NCBI GenBank assembly: GCA_038231275.1
Contig: JBBRLQ010000001.1
Span: forward strand, 192,001 to 256,000
Direction of reading: 5' to 3'
Origin: Polyangiales bacterium
Lineage (GTDB): Bacteria; Myxococcota_A; Polyangia; Polyangiales; Polyangiaceae
DNA: 64,000 nucleotides
The translations under genes were made by a program, and so were the position numbers. Every line of letters begins with the position of its first letter. The stretch's first letter is position 1. The notes beneath the pieces are model-generated. The model was not told the DNA's origin, made no database searches, and saw only the letters and a list, made by a program, of their open reading frames with translations. Shown here in pieces: positions 1 through 7,803 of this stretch.

Positions 1-288
1 GAGCGCGCCGACGTCTTGCTGGTGGGCTTGGCCGGCCGCGCGTCGACGCGCAACTACGTGGGGCGCCTCGTCCACGCGCTCTCGCCTTCACTCATCGTCC
101 CGACCCATCACGACGCGTTCTTCGCGCCGCTGGAGCGCGGCGTGCACCTCTTGCCGCGGATCGATCTCGAGGGTTTCGTCGACGAGGCGCGCGCGCACGC
201 GCCCGACGCGCGCATCATCACGCCAGACTACTTCGACGTGATCGGGGTTCCGCGCGGCGCACCCGGCAAAGCGGTCATCGTGGCGTAG
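1..288 (+). CDS. MBL-fold metallo-hydrolase, C-terminal fragment (5' end outside window)
   Basis: Frame open from base 1; 'ADVLLVGLAG...LSPSLIVPTHHDAFF' resembles the UlaG-like MBL C-terminal PxHxD motif. Confidence 0.65.
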   Translation, partial: ERADVLLVGLAGRASTRNYVGRLVHALSPSLIVPTHHDAFFAPLERGVHLLPRIDLEGFVDEARAHAPDARIITPDYFDVIGVPRGAPGKAVIVA

Positions 289-342
289 GAGGGGGTCGGG
301 CCTTGATGTAGACTCGGGCCCCCTCTTGCCCCTGTCCTTTTC

Positions 343-3306
343 GTGAGCGCGCGGTCTCGGTTCGTCTCGCTCGCGGTCGTCTTGGCCGCCGGGCTGGGCC
401 TCGCGCCGCGCGCCGAGGCGGCGAACGATCCGAACATCGTTTGGCAGACGATCGAGACGCCGCATTTTCGGATCCACTTCCCGTCGCAGGGCCGGCCCGT
501 CGCCGAGCGCGTCGCCGATCTCGCGGAGGACATCCACGCGCGCCTCGCCCCCGCCGTCGGTTGGCAACCGAGCGAAGTGACCGAGCTGCTCCTCGCCGAC
601 CAGACCGACAGCGCCAACGGCTCGGCGACCGCGCTCCCCTACAACGCCGTGCGCCTCAACATCACCGCGCCCGACGACATGTCGCCGCTCGGAGACGCCG
701 AGGATTGGTACCTCGAGCTCGTCACGCACGAGTACACCCACATCCTCCACACCGATCACATCACCGGAATCCCGGCGATCGCGAACGCGCTGCTCGGCAA
801 GACGTACGCGCCGAACCAGGTCCAGCCGCGATGGGCGCTCGAGGGCCTCGCGGTGTTCGAAGAGAGCCAGCGCACGAGCGGCGGCCGCCTCCGCAGCGCG
901 ATCTGGAACATGTACATGCGCGGCGACGTCATGGAGAACAACGTCGCCGAGCTCGATGAGTTCTCGAACTCGGTGCGAAGGTGGCCGCAGGGAAACCTCT
1001 GGTACCTCTACGGCTCGTTCTTCATGCGGTGGATCGCCGAGACCTACGGCGAGGAGGCCATCCGCAAAATGATCGACGACTACAGTCGCCAGATCATCCC
1101 GTACGCCTTCAACCGCTCGGTGCGCCGCGCGACGGGGCGCACGTTCGAGGAGCTGTACCCGGCGTGGATCGCGACGCTCCGCCGCGTCTACGGCGCGCAG
1201 GTCGACGCCGTGCGCGCACGCGGCATCCGCCAAGGCGTGCGCATCACGAAGGCCGGACAAAACGCGCGCCACCCGCGGTGGATCCCGAAGGGCGCGTGGC
1301 CGGGGCACGAGGGCGATCTCCTCTACTTCCGCGACGACGGCCACAGCACCGCCGGCATGTACGCGGTGCCGGTGTCGCGCGATCCGACGAGCGGCCAGAT
1401 CACCGGCGCGCGTGAGGTCGATCGCGAGCTCTTGATCCGCGTCTCCGGTGAGTCGACCGTGTCCTTCACGCCCGACGGCGGGGCGGTGTGGGACTCGCTC
1501 GATCAGTTCCAGAACCTCTTCTACTTCAACGATCTGTTCCGCGCGCCGCCGAACACGCGCTCGCCGCGAGGGCTAGAGGGGCGGACCAAACGCCTCACCG
1601 AGGGCTTCCGCGCCATCGAGCCCGACGTGTCCCCCGACGGCCGCAAGGTCGCCTTCACGTCGAACCACCGCGGCACCACGTACTTGCAGATTGCACGTTT
1701 GACCGAGGACGGGGTGGAGGACGTTAAGAACATCGTCCCCGGAAAGCCGTTCGATCAGGCGTACACGCCGCGCTGGGCCCCCGACGGCCGCCACCTCGCG
1801 TACTCGGCGTGGTCACACGGCGGCTACCGCGACGTCCGCGTGGTCGACACGACCGACGGATCGTTCATCGAGATCGCGCACGATCGCGCGCAGGACGGCG
1901 GGCCGTCGTGGTCGCCCGACGGAAAATACGTCTTCTTCCACTCCGATCGCACCGGCATCGACAACGTCTACGCGTGGGACGTCGAAACCCATCGCCTTCG
2001 TCAGGTGACCAACGTGACGACCGGCGCGTTCCAGCCGGAGGTGAGCGCCGACGGCAAGACGCTCGCCTACGTCGGCTACACGCACAACGGCTTCGATCTC
2101 TTCGCGATGCCGCTCGACGAGAAGCAGTGGCTCGACGCGCTCCCGTACGTCGACGATCGCCCCGCGACGACGCCCGAGCCGCCTCACCACGCGTGGAAGG
2201 TTCGTCCGTACAGCCCACTGTCGACCCTCGCGCCGCACAAATACGGCGTGGCGATCGGCCAGGGGAACTTCGGCAACCAAGCGACGGTCACGATCGGCGG
2301 CTCCGACATCGTCGGCCACCACTCGTACGCGGCGTCGCTCACGAGCGAGTTCGAGAAGCCCGAGCTCCAAGGCTCGTTCACCTACGTCTACTCGCGCCTC
2401 CCCGTCGATCTGTCGGTGAGCGCGTACCGCTCGATCGCGCCGCGCGGCGGCTTCGCGCTCGGCGGCGCGCGGCCGACGTGGATCAGCGAGACGACCGGCG
2501 TGGAGACCGGCGTCGGCTACACGATGCCGCGCCAGTTCGACTCGCAGAGCTTCTCGCTCTCGTACTCCGCCGCCCGCACCGCCGGCGATTTCGGCACGAC
2601 CTCGGCCAGCTTCAATCCCTACGAAACACCGCAATTTCCCGCGCGCGGGCTCGTCAGCTTCGTGCACATGGGGTGGGCGTACTCGAACGCCGAGCGCTAC
2701 TTGTGGAGCGTCGCCAACGAGCGCGGCTTCGGCGCCAACGCGAACCTCGAGCTCACCGACCCCGCGCTCGGCAGCGAGTACAAAGGCTTCAGCACGTCGG
2801 CGAACATGGAGTGGTTCTACACGATGCCGTGGCTGTCGCATCACTCGCTCGCCCTCCACACCGGGGCCGGAACGAGCGGCGGCAACTACCCGGGGCGCGG
2901 CGCGTATTACATCGGCGGGTTCGTCGATCTGCCGGTCATCGACTCGGTGCGCAACACGCTGATCCAGGGAGGTATCGTCCTCCGCGGCTACCCCACCGTC
3001 GCCGAGGCCGGCCGCAGCTACGCCCTCATGAACGCCGAGTACCGCTTCCCGATCTGGAACATCGACCGTGGCCCGTCGACGTTGCCGTTCTTCTTGAACC
3101 GCGTCAGCGGCACGGTCTTCGTCGACTACGGCAGCGCGTTCGACGACGCGTACGTCGCCAAGTTCAAGACAGGCACCGGCGCCGAGCTATGGAACGATTT
3201 CACGATCGGCTACATCCAGTCGTTCACGTTCCGCCTCGGCTACGCGCGCGGCCTGGCCAGCGGCGGGGTCGACAAGACCTACTTCGTCGCCACCATCCCT
3301 TATTGA
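343..3306 (+). CDS. Omp85/BamA-TamA family outer-membrane protein with N-terminal zinc metallopeptidase and TolB-like (PD40) beta-propeller
   Basis: Signal peptide (AEA); HEYTH plus WALEGLA gluzincin motifs; repeated SPDG/APDG blades; barrel with LRGY and FVDYG motifs; aromatic C-terminal residue. Confidence 0.85.
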   Translation: MSARSRFVSLAVVLAAGLGLAPRAEAANDPNIVWQTIETPHFRIHFPSQGRPVAERVADLAEDIHARLAPAVGWQPSEVTELLLADQTDSANGSATALPYNAVRLNITAPDDMSPLGDAEDWYLELVTHEYTHILHTDHITGIPAIANALLGKTYAPNQVQPRWALEGLAVFEESQRTSGGRLRSAIWNMYMRGDVMENNVAELDEFSNSVRRWPQGNLWYLYGSFFMRWIAETYGEEAIRKMIDDYSRQIIPYAFNRSVRRATGRTFEELYPAWIATLRRVYGAQVDAVRARGIRQGVRITKAGQNARHPRWIPKGAWPGHEGDLLYFRDDGHSTAGMYAVPVSRDPTSGQITGAREVDRELLIRVSGESTVSFTPDGGAVWDSLDQFQNLFYFNDLFRAPPNTRSPRGLEGRTKRLTEGFRAIEPDVSPDGRKVAFTSNHRGTTYLQIARLTEDGVEDVKNIVPGKPFDQAYTPRWAPDGRHLAYSAWSHGGYRDVRVVDTTDGSFIEIAHDRAQDGGPSWSPDGKYVFFHSDRTGIDNVYAWDVETHRLRQVTNVTTGAFQPEVSADGKTLAYVGYTHNGFDLFAMPLDEKQWLDALPYVDDRPATTPEPPHHAWKVRPYSPLSTLAPHKYGVAIGQGNFGNQATVTIGGSDIVGHHSYAASLTSEFEKPELQGSFTYVYSRLPVDLSVSAYRSIAPRGGFALGGARPTWISETTGVETGVGYTMPRQFDSQSFSLSYSAARTAGDFGTTSASFNPYETPQFPARGLVSFVHMGWAYSNAERYLWSVANERGFGANANLELTDPALGSEYKGFSTSANMEWFYTMPWLSHHSLALHTGAGTSGGNYPGRGAYYIGGFVDLPVIDSVRNTLIQGGIVLRGYPTVAEAGRSYALMNAEYRFPIWNIDRGPSTLPFFLNRVSGTVFVDYGSAFDDAYVAKFKTGTGAELWNDFTIGYIQSFTFRLGYARGLASGGVDKTYFVATIPY

Positions 3307-3350
3307 AGGAAACTTGGCCCTCCGGCCGTAGCTCCCCAATGCTCCGGGCC

Positions 3351-3920
3351 ATGCGCTCCCATAGCGGTCTCGCCGCGTTCGTCCTCGCTCTTCCCCTCCT
3401 CACCGGCGCGTGCCTCGCCGCGTCGCACGGCCCCGCGAAGGCGCAGGAGGCGGCGATGGACATGAACGTACACGCGCGCTTCGGGCGCATGGAGCTCGCG
3501 ACGGAGCTGGTCGCGCCGAAGGCACGCAAGGAGTTCGCCGAGCATCGCCGCGGATGGGGCGGCAAGGTGCGCATCGCCGACACCGAGCTCGCGGGGCTCC
3601 GGATGATCGACGAGGACAACGCCGAGGTCACCGTGAAGGTCGCCTGGTACGACATGGCGCTCCAGGAGCTTCACGTCACGACGCTCCGCCAGAAGTGGCA
3701 CGCGTTCAGCGGCGACTGGAAGCTCACGGCGGAAGAGCGCACCGACGGGCTGCCCGGCCTCATGGGGGACGGGCCGCCTGCAGCGGCCAAGTCCGATGGA
3801 GACATCGCACCCAAGCCCAGGAACGCGCGGTTCCCGGCCGTGCACCTCGTCGGCGCGTCGCCCGAGCCGAAAGCGGACCCGACTCCCGAGCCCGCGACGA
3901 CAGCCGCCGCAGAGCCCTGA
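3351..3920 (+). CDS. putative lipoprotein (NTF2-like), hypothetical
   Basis: Signal peptide with LTGAC lipobox; only the 3' part of ORF 1809..3920 looks like real protein. Confidence 0.7.
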   Translation: MRSHSGLAAFVLALPLLTGACLAASHGPAKAQEAAMDMNVHARFGRMELATELVAPKARKEFAEHRRGWGGKVRIADTELAGLRMIDEDNAEVTVKVAWYDMALQELHVTTLRQKWHAFSGDWKLTAEERTDGLPGLMGDGPPAAAKSDGDIAPKPRNARFPAVHLVGASPEPKADPTPEPATTAAAEP

Positions 3921-3940
3921 CGAGCACTGACGAGCCCTGA
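3911..3940 (+). repeat. 10-bp tandem repeat x3, (A/C)GAGC(C/A)CTGA
   Basis: agagccctga cgagcactga cgagccctga. Confidence 0.8.
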
Positions 3941-3970
3941 CGGAGAAGCGGAGACGCCGAGAGGCGAGCT

Positions 3971-4126
3971 CTAGGCGGAGGCCTTCGGGGCCTTCTTCGT
4001 CGTCTTCTTCGCCGGTGCGGGCTTCTTGCCGCTGGCGTTGCGACGACGCGCGAGCTTCTCCTTCTTCTTCACCTGCGCCTTGCGACGCTTCATCTTCTGC
4101 GATTTACGGCGGTCGAATTTGCCCAT
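3971..4126 (-). CDS. small, very basic protein (51 aa), possibly bTHX/S31-like
   Basis: MGKFDRRKSQKMKRRKAQVKKK...; SD-like GAAGGTGG upstream; AAG-dominated codon usage. Confidence 0.65.
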   Translation of the reverse strand: MGKFDRRKSQKMKRRKAQVKKKEKLARRRNASGKKPAPAKKTTKKAPKASA

Positions 4127-4183
4127 GCGGCGGCCACCTTCGGTCAGGAGGCCCCCTCGCGTCAAGCCTGTCGTGTGAGAGGC

Positions 4184-4432
4184 TCAGCCGGCGTTTTCGG
4201 CGACCGCGTCTTCGCGACTTCGGACTTCCAACCGGTACCGGCTGTTGATCGTCTCGATGTAGAAGACCTCGCGCCCGGCGAGCCGGAGGACGCGCTTCAC
4301 AGGCGTCGTCACGTACTCGTGCATCCCGTCGGGGAACTCGATCACCACGACGGAGCCCTTGCGCGGCGCACGAACGAGCCTTCCCGCGACCGCGCGGGAG
4401 CCCTTGCCGAGCTTGCGGAGGACCACTTCCAC
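4184..4432 (-). CDS. hypothetical small beta-rich protein (82 aa)
   Basis: Natural amino-acid composition, GC3-biased codons, TAGATT box 6 nt before GTG. Confidence 0.7.
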   Translation of the reverse strand: MEVVLRKLGKGSRAVAGRLVRAPRKGSVVVIEFPDGMHEYVTTPVKRVLRLAGREVFYIETINSRYRLEVRSREDAVAENAG

Positions 4433-4624
4433 CCTTCCAATCTAGCATTCCCACGTGGCACGTCTACCCCCGTCGCGTGGGGCCTGCGCCAGCAGAACGG
4501 TGCGGATTTGCGCGGTAAAACGCGCCGAATGTCGCCGATTGTGGGCGGGATCCGCGCGCGCGGCGCCGCGTGTCTTTGCTCGGGCGCGGCGGTGGGGTAA
4601 GGCCGCGTTCGAGGTGAGCACGGA

Positions 4625-5239
4625 ATGAGGGAGTCGGGAGAGCACCTGTCGTTCGGCATCGACGAAGAGGTCAACGTGTCCGCGCGGCGCGGCTGCCTCG
4701 AGGTCGTGTGCGGCTCGATGTTCAGCGGCAAGACCGAAGAGCTCCTCCGCCGAATGAAGCGCGCGAAGCTCGCGAGGCAGCGCGTCCAGCTCTTCAAGCC
4801 GCGCGTCGATCAGCGCTACGACGCCGTGAAGGTCGTGAGCCACGAGGGCGCCAACGCCGACGCCGTTCCGGTGGGCAGCGCGGCGGAGCTCCTCGAAATG
4901 GTCCAGCCGGAGACCGCGGTGGTCGGCGTCGACGAGGTGCAGTTCTTCGACGATCGCATCGTGGAGGTCTGCGACACGCTCGCCAACCGCGGCGTGCGCG
5001 TCATCTGTGCGGGGCTCGATCAGGACTACCGCGGTCAGCCGTTCGGGCCGATCTCGCTGCTCATGGCGGTCGCCGAGTTCGTCACCAAGCTCCACGCCGT
5101 GTGCTCGAAGTGCGGCGCGCAGGCCTGCCGATCGCAGCGCCTCGTCGCGAGCGAAGGGCAGCTCTTCGTCGGCGGCGCGGCGGCGTACGAAGCGCGCTGC
5201 CGCAAGTGCTTCTCCGCGGGCGTGATCGAAGGGCAATAG
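4625..5239 (+). CDS. tdk: thymidine kinase
   Basis: GSMFSGKTEEL P-loop, VDEVQFF, AGLDQD, zinc Cys pairs, YEARCRKCF. Confidence 0.97.
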   Translation: MRESGEHLSFGIDEEVNVSARRGCLEVVCGSMFSGKTEELLRRMKRAKLARQRVQLFKPRVDQRYDAVKVVSHEGANADAVPVGSAAELLEMVQPETAVVGVDEVQFFDDRIVEVCDTLANRGVRVICAGLDQDYRGQPFGPISLLMAVAEFVTKLHAVCSKCGAQACRSQRLVASEGQLFVGGAAAYEARCRKCFSAGVIEGQ

Positions 5240-5286
5240 AAGTAGTAGTAACGACGCGTGCGCCGGGGGAGTAGAGTCCGCGCACC

Positions 5287-5823
5287 ATGAACTCTGCCGC
5301 ACGAACGCTCGCTCCGATCTTCGCCCTCGCCCTCGCCTTCGCCGTGCCCGCGTGCGGCGGCGCCGCGCCTCCCGCGCCGGCCGCACCCGCAGCGCCGGAC
5401 GGTCACGAGAAGGGCCGCGAGAAGGAGCACGATCACAGCCACGAGAAGGGCGAGGGGCACGGCCACCACGGCGAGGAGCACGCCGAGCACCAGCACCTCA
5501 GCCCGCAGGTGAAGGACCTCCACGAGACGCTCGCGCCGGTGTGGCACCTGCCGAAGGGCCCCGAGCGCGCGGCGAAGACGTGCGAGAAGGCGCTCGCGAT
5601 GCACGACAAGAGCGTCGTCGTTCAGAACGCCGCGACGCCGGATCTCGTGAAGGAGCACGGCAAAGAGGCGGAGTGGAAGGCCGCCGTCGCCGAGATGGTG
5701 GTCTCCGGAAAGGCGCTCGTCACCGAGTGCGAGAAGGAAGGGCGGCCGGCGGTGGAGGAGCGTCTCACGGCGTTCCACGAGCGCTTTCACAAAGTCGCCG
5801 AGATGCTCGAGCACAAGCACTGA
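5287..5823 (+). CDS. His-rich lipoprotein, putative metal-binding
   Basis: Lipobox VPAC; HEKGREKEHDHSHEKGEGHGHHGEEHAEHQH tract; helical C-terminal domain. Confidence 0.7.
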   Translation: MNSAARTLAPIFALALAFAVPACGGAAPPAPAAPAAPDGHEKGREKEHDHSHEKGEGHGHHGEEHAEHQHLSPQVKDLHETLAPVWHLPKGPERAAKTCEKALAMHDKSVVVQNAATPDLVKEHGKEAEWKAAVAEMVVSGKALVTECEKEGRPAVEERLTAFHERFHKVAEMLEHKH

Positions 5824-5832
5824 CGAAACGCG

Positions 5833-6315
5833 TTAGTGGACGCAGCGCACGAGGGCGGTGAGCGTCGCCTTGTCGACCCGCTCCATGAAGACGCCCGGCG
5901 TGAACGTGAACGCCCACGCGTTTGCCGTGTCGCCCGCGACGGTCGTGGCCGTCCAGTACGACGTGCCCTGCGTGCTCACGAAGACCGTGGAGTCCCACAT
6001 CGGTCCGAGCGGCTCGCGCTCGTCGACGATGCTCAGCATCTCGCGGATGTTCGGGAGGCGCCATCCGGTCGCGAAGCCGCCGAGGCTCAGCGCCTGGCAC
6101 CGCGCGAGCGCGTCCGCGAAGCCGAGCTTGTAGATCTCCACCTGACCACGCTGCCACACGAGGCCGGTCTCGGTGTCGAGCGCGGTGTCCGTGGAGACGA
6201 TGTAGTGGCCGGGCGGCGCCTGCGCGTCGAGCGACGCATCGCCTGCGACGAGGACGACTGCGCCGGCGAGCGCGCCGAAGAGGATGCGATCGAGCCGTGC
6301 GCGGAGGGAGCTCAT
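5833..6315 (-). CDS. DUF1566 (Lcl C-terminal-like) domain secreted protein
   Basis: DTETGLVWQR, WRLPNIREMLSIVD, YWTAT, VRCV motifs. Confidence 0.88.
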   Translation of the reverse strand: MSSLRARLDRILFGALAGAVVLVAGDASLDAQAPPGHYIVSTDTALDTETGLVWQRGQVEIYKLGFADALARCQALSLGGFATGWRLPNIREMLSIVDEREPLGPMWDSTVFVSTQGTSYWTATTVAGDTANAWAFTFTPGVFMERVDKATLTALVRCVH

Positions 6316-7040
6316 CGGCCTGCCCTCACGCAGCGAACGAAGTAGAGGCCATCGCTGGGGATCGGACCGATCGTGCCGTCGGAGAAATCGACGACCCAGG
6401 CCTTGTACGTGGGGTTGACGACCGAGTTGGCGGCGTCCAGCGAGTCGGTCCAGAAATAGTCGACGACCGTGGCAGGGAACGCGACCGCGTTGATCGCCGG
6501 CGACGCGGCGGCGTAGTCGACGATCGAGATGAGCTCGATGCGCTTCGGCAAGCGCCAGTCGGATTGCCCGTCGAGGACGAGCGTGTCGCAGTAGTCACGA
6601 CCTTGCTGCCACGTCCGCTTCGTCGGCGAAGGCGTGCGCTCCCAGACGAGGAGCGTCGTCTCGTCGCGAACGCTCATCCCGAGGTTCGAGTAGTTGCCGG
6701 TCGGCGGCGACGGAGGCGGGAGCGGCCACGCAGCCCACGCACGATCGACGTCGCGTGTCGCGCCGTCCGTCGCGCCCGAGTCCGTCGTCGACCCACCGTC
6801 ACCGCTGCTGCCGCTGCTGCTGCCGCTGCTGCCGCTGCTGCCGCTGCTGCCGCTGCTGCCGCTGCCGTCTGCGCCGGGCGCCGCGTCGGCGCCTCCGGCC
6901 TCCGCCCCATCGCCGGGGCCCGCCGAGGCATCGAGCGGCGCGCTCTTGATCTGCTCACAGGCCAGCAGCGACGCCACTGCGGCGATCGAAGTCGTCGCAA
7001 ACGCACGCGACGCAGACCAAGCTTTCGAAGAGGAGCGCAC
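6312..7040 (-). CDS. DUF1566 domain lipoprotein with Ser/Gly linker
   Basis: Lipobox LLAC; DETTLLVWER, WRLPKRIELISIVD, FWT, VRCVR; 4-nt overlap with next gene. Confidence 0.88.
   Translation of the reverse strand: MRSSSKAWSASRAFATTSIAAVASLLACEQIKSAPLDASAGPGDGAEAGGADAAPGADGSGSSGSSGSSGSSGSSSGSSGDGGSTTDSGATDGATRDVDRAWAAWPLPPPSPPTGNYSNLGMSVRDETTLLVWERTPSPTKRTWQQGRDYCDTLVLDGQSDWRLPKRIELISIVDYAAASPAINAVAFPATVVDYFWTDSLDAANSVVNPTYKAWVVDFSDGTIGPIPSDGLYFVRCVRAGR
6802..6866 (-). repeat. 9-bp coding tandem repeat (Ser-Ser-Gly linker)
   Basis: (ccgctgctg)n on + strand. Confidence 0.85.
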
Positions 7041-7086
7041 GAAGAGCCTCAGCGTGACCCAGAATCCTTCGACCGTCGAGGTCTCG

Positions 7087-7731
7087 TCATCCGCCCGGAG
7101 AGGTGTAGCCGACGTTGCTGCCGCTGCCCGACGCGTCGAACGACCCCTTCGCGTCGCCGGCGCCGATCGGAGCCGGGGACAACGTCGCGCCCTTGACCGA
7201 GAACGAGAGCGTGCCGTTGGCGAGACCCTTCGCCGGCGGGGTGACCGCGTCGAGCGTGAGGGTCCCCGAGTTGGCCTTCCACGTCTTGGTCGAGCCTCCG
7301 CTGCACGTCTCCGTGTACGTGAAGTCTCCCTTGCCCAGCGGCGTGCTCGCGTCCGACACGATCGGAAAGACCGTGCCGACGTCGAGCGGTCCGACGAACG
7401 CGGCGTTCAGGATGGCCGTGCAGCCGGTCGCGGCGTCGGTGACCGAGCCGGTGAAGCTGCACGTCTTGGGGGTCGTTCCCATGCAAAACGAGCCGAGCAC
7501 CGGCGCCACCTTGAACGTCGTTCGCGTCACGTCGGTGCCGCCGTTCGCGAAGGCGAAGGAGAAGCCGCCGTCGGTGCTCGCGTCGACGCCGGCGTCGGCG
7601 GGCGCGCCCGGTCCGCTGTCCGCGGCGCCGCTTTGGGTGGACGTAGAGCTGCATCCAGAAGCGAGAGACGTGAGCGCGACGAACGCTGCGAGAGCGGCGA
7701 CGCGCGAGGCGTGGAGCGAGATCATCGCCAC
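7087..7731 (-). CDS. beta-rich lipoprotein, hypothetical
   Basis: Signal peptide with ASGC lipobox; Thr/Gly-rich beta strands with 4 further Cys. Confidence 0.7.
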   Translation of the reverse strand: MAMISLHASRVAALAAFVALTSLASGCSSTSTQSGAADSGPGAPADAGVDASTDGGFSFAFANGGTDVTRTTFKVAPVLGSFCMGTTPKTCSFTGSVTDAATGCTAILNAAFVGPLDVGTVFPIVSDASTPLGKGDFTYTETCSGGSTKTWKANSGTLTLDAVTPPAKGLANGTLSFSVKGATLSPAPIGAGDAKGSFDASGSGSNVGYTSPGG

Positions 7732-7803
7732 CGCCTACGGTCCGGGCGCGCCCGATCTTCCTTCGGGCGAGCCGAAACGCGCGGCGGTATGCTCCCGGCC
7801 GCC

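Noticed and set aside
6694-7803. Apparent 370-aa N-terminal extension of the acyl-CoA ligase, including an LLP repeat
   Set aside because: It is the antisense of two lipoprotein genes; the real start is at about 7804
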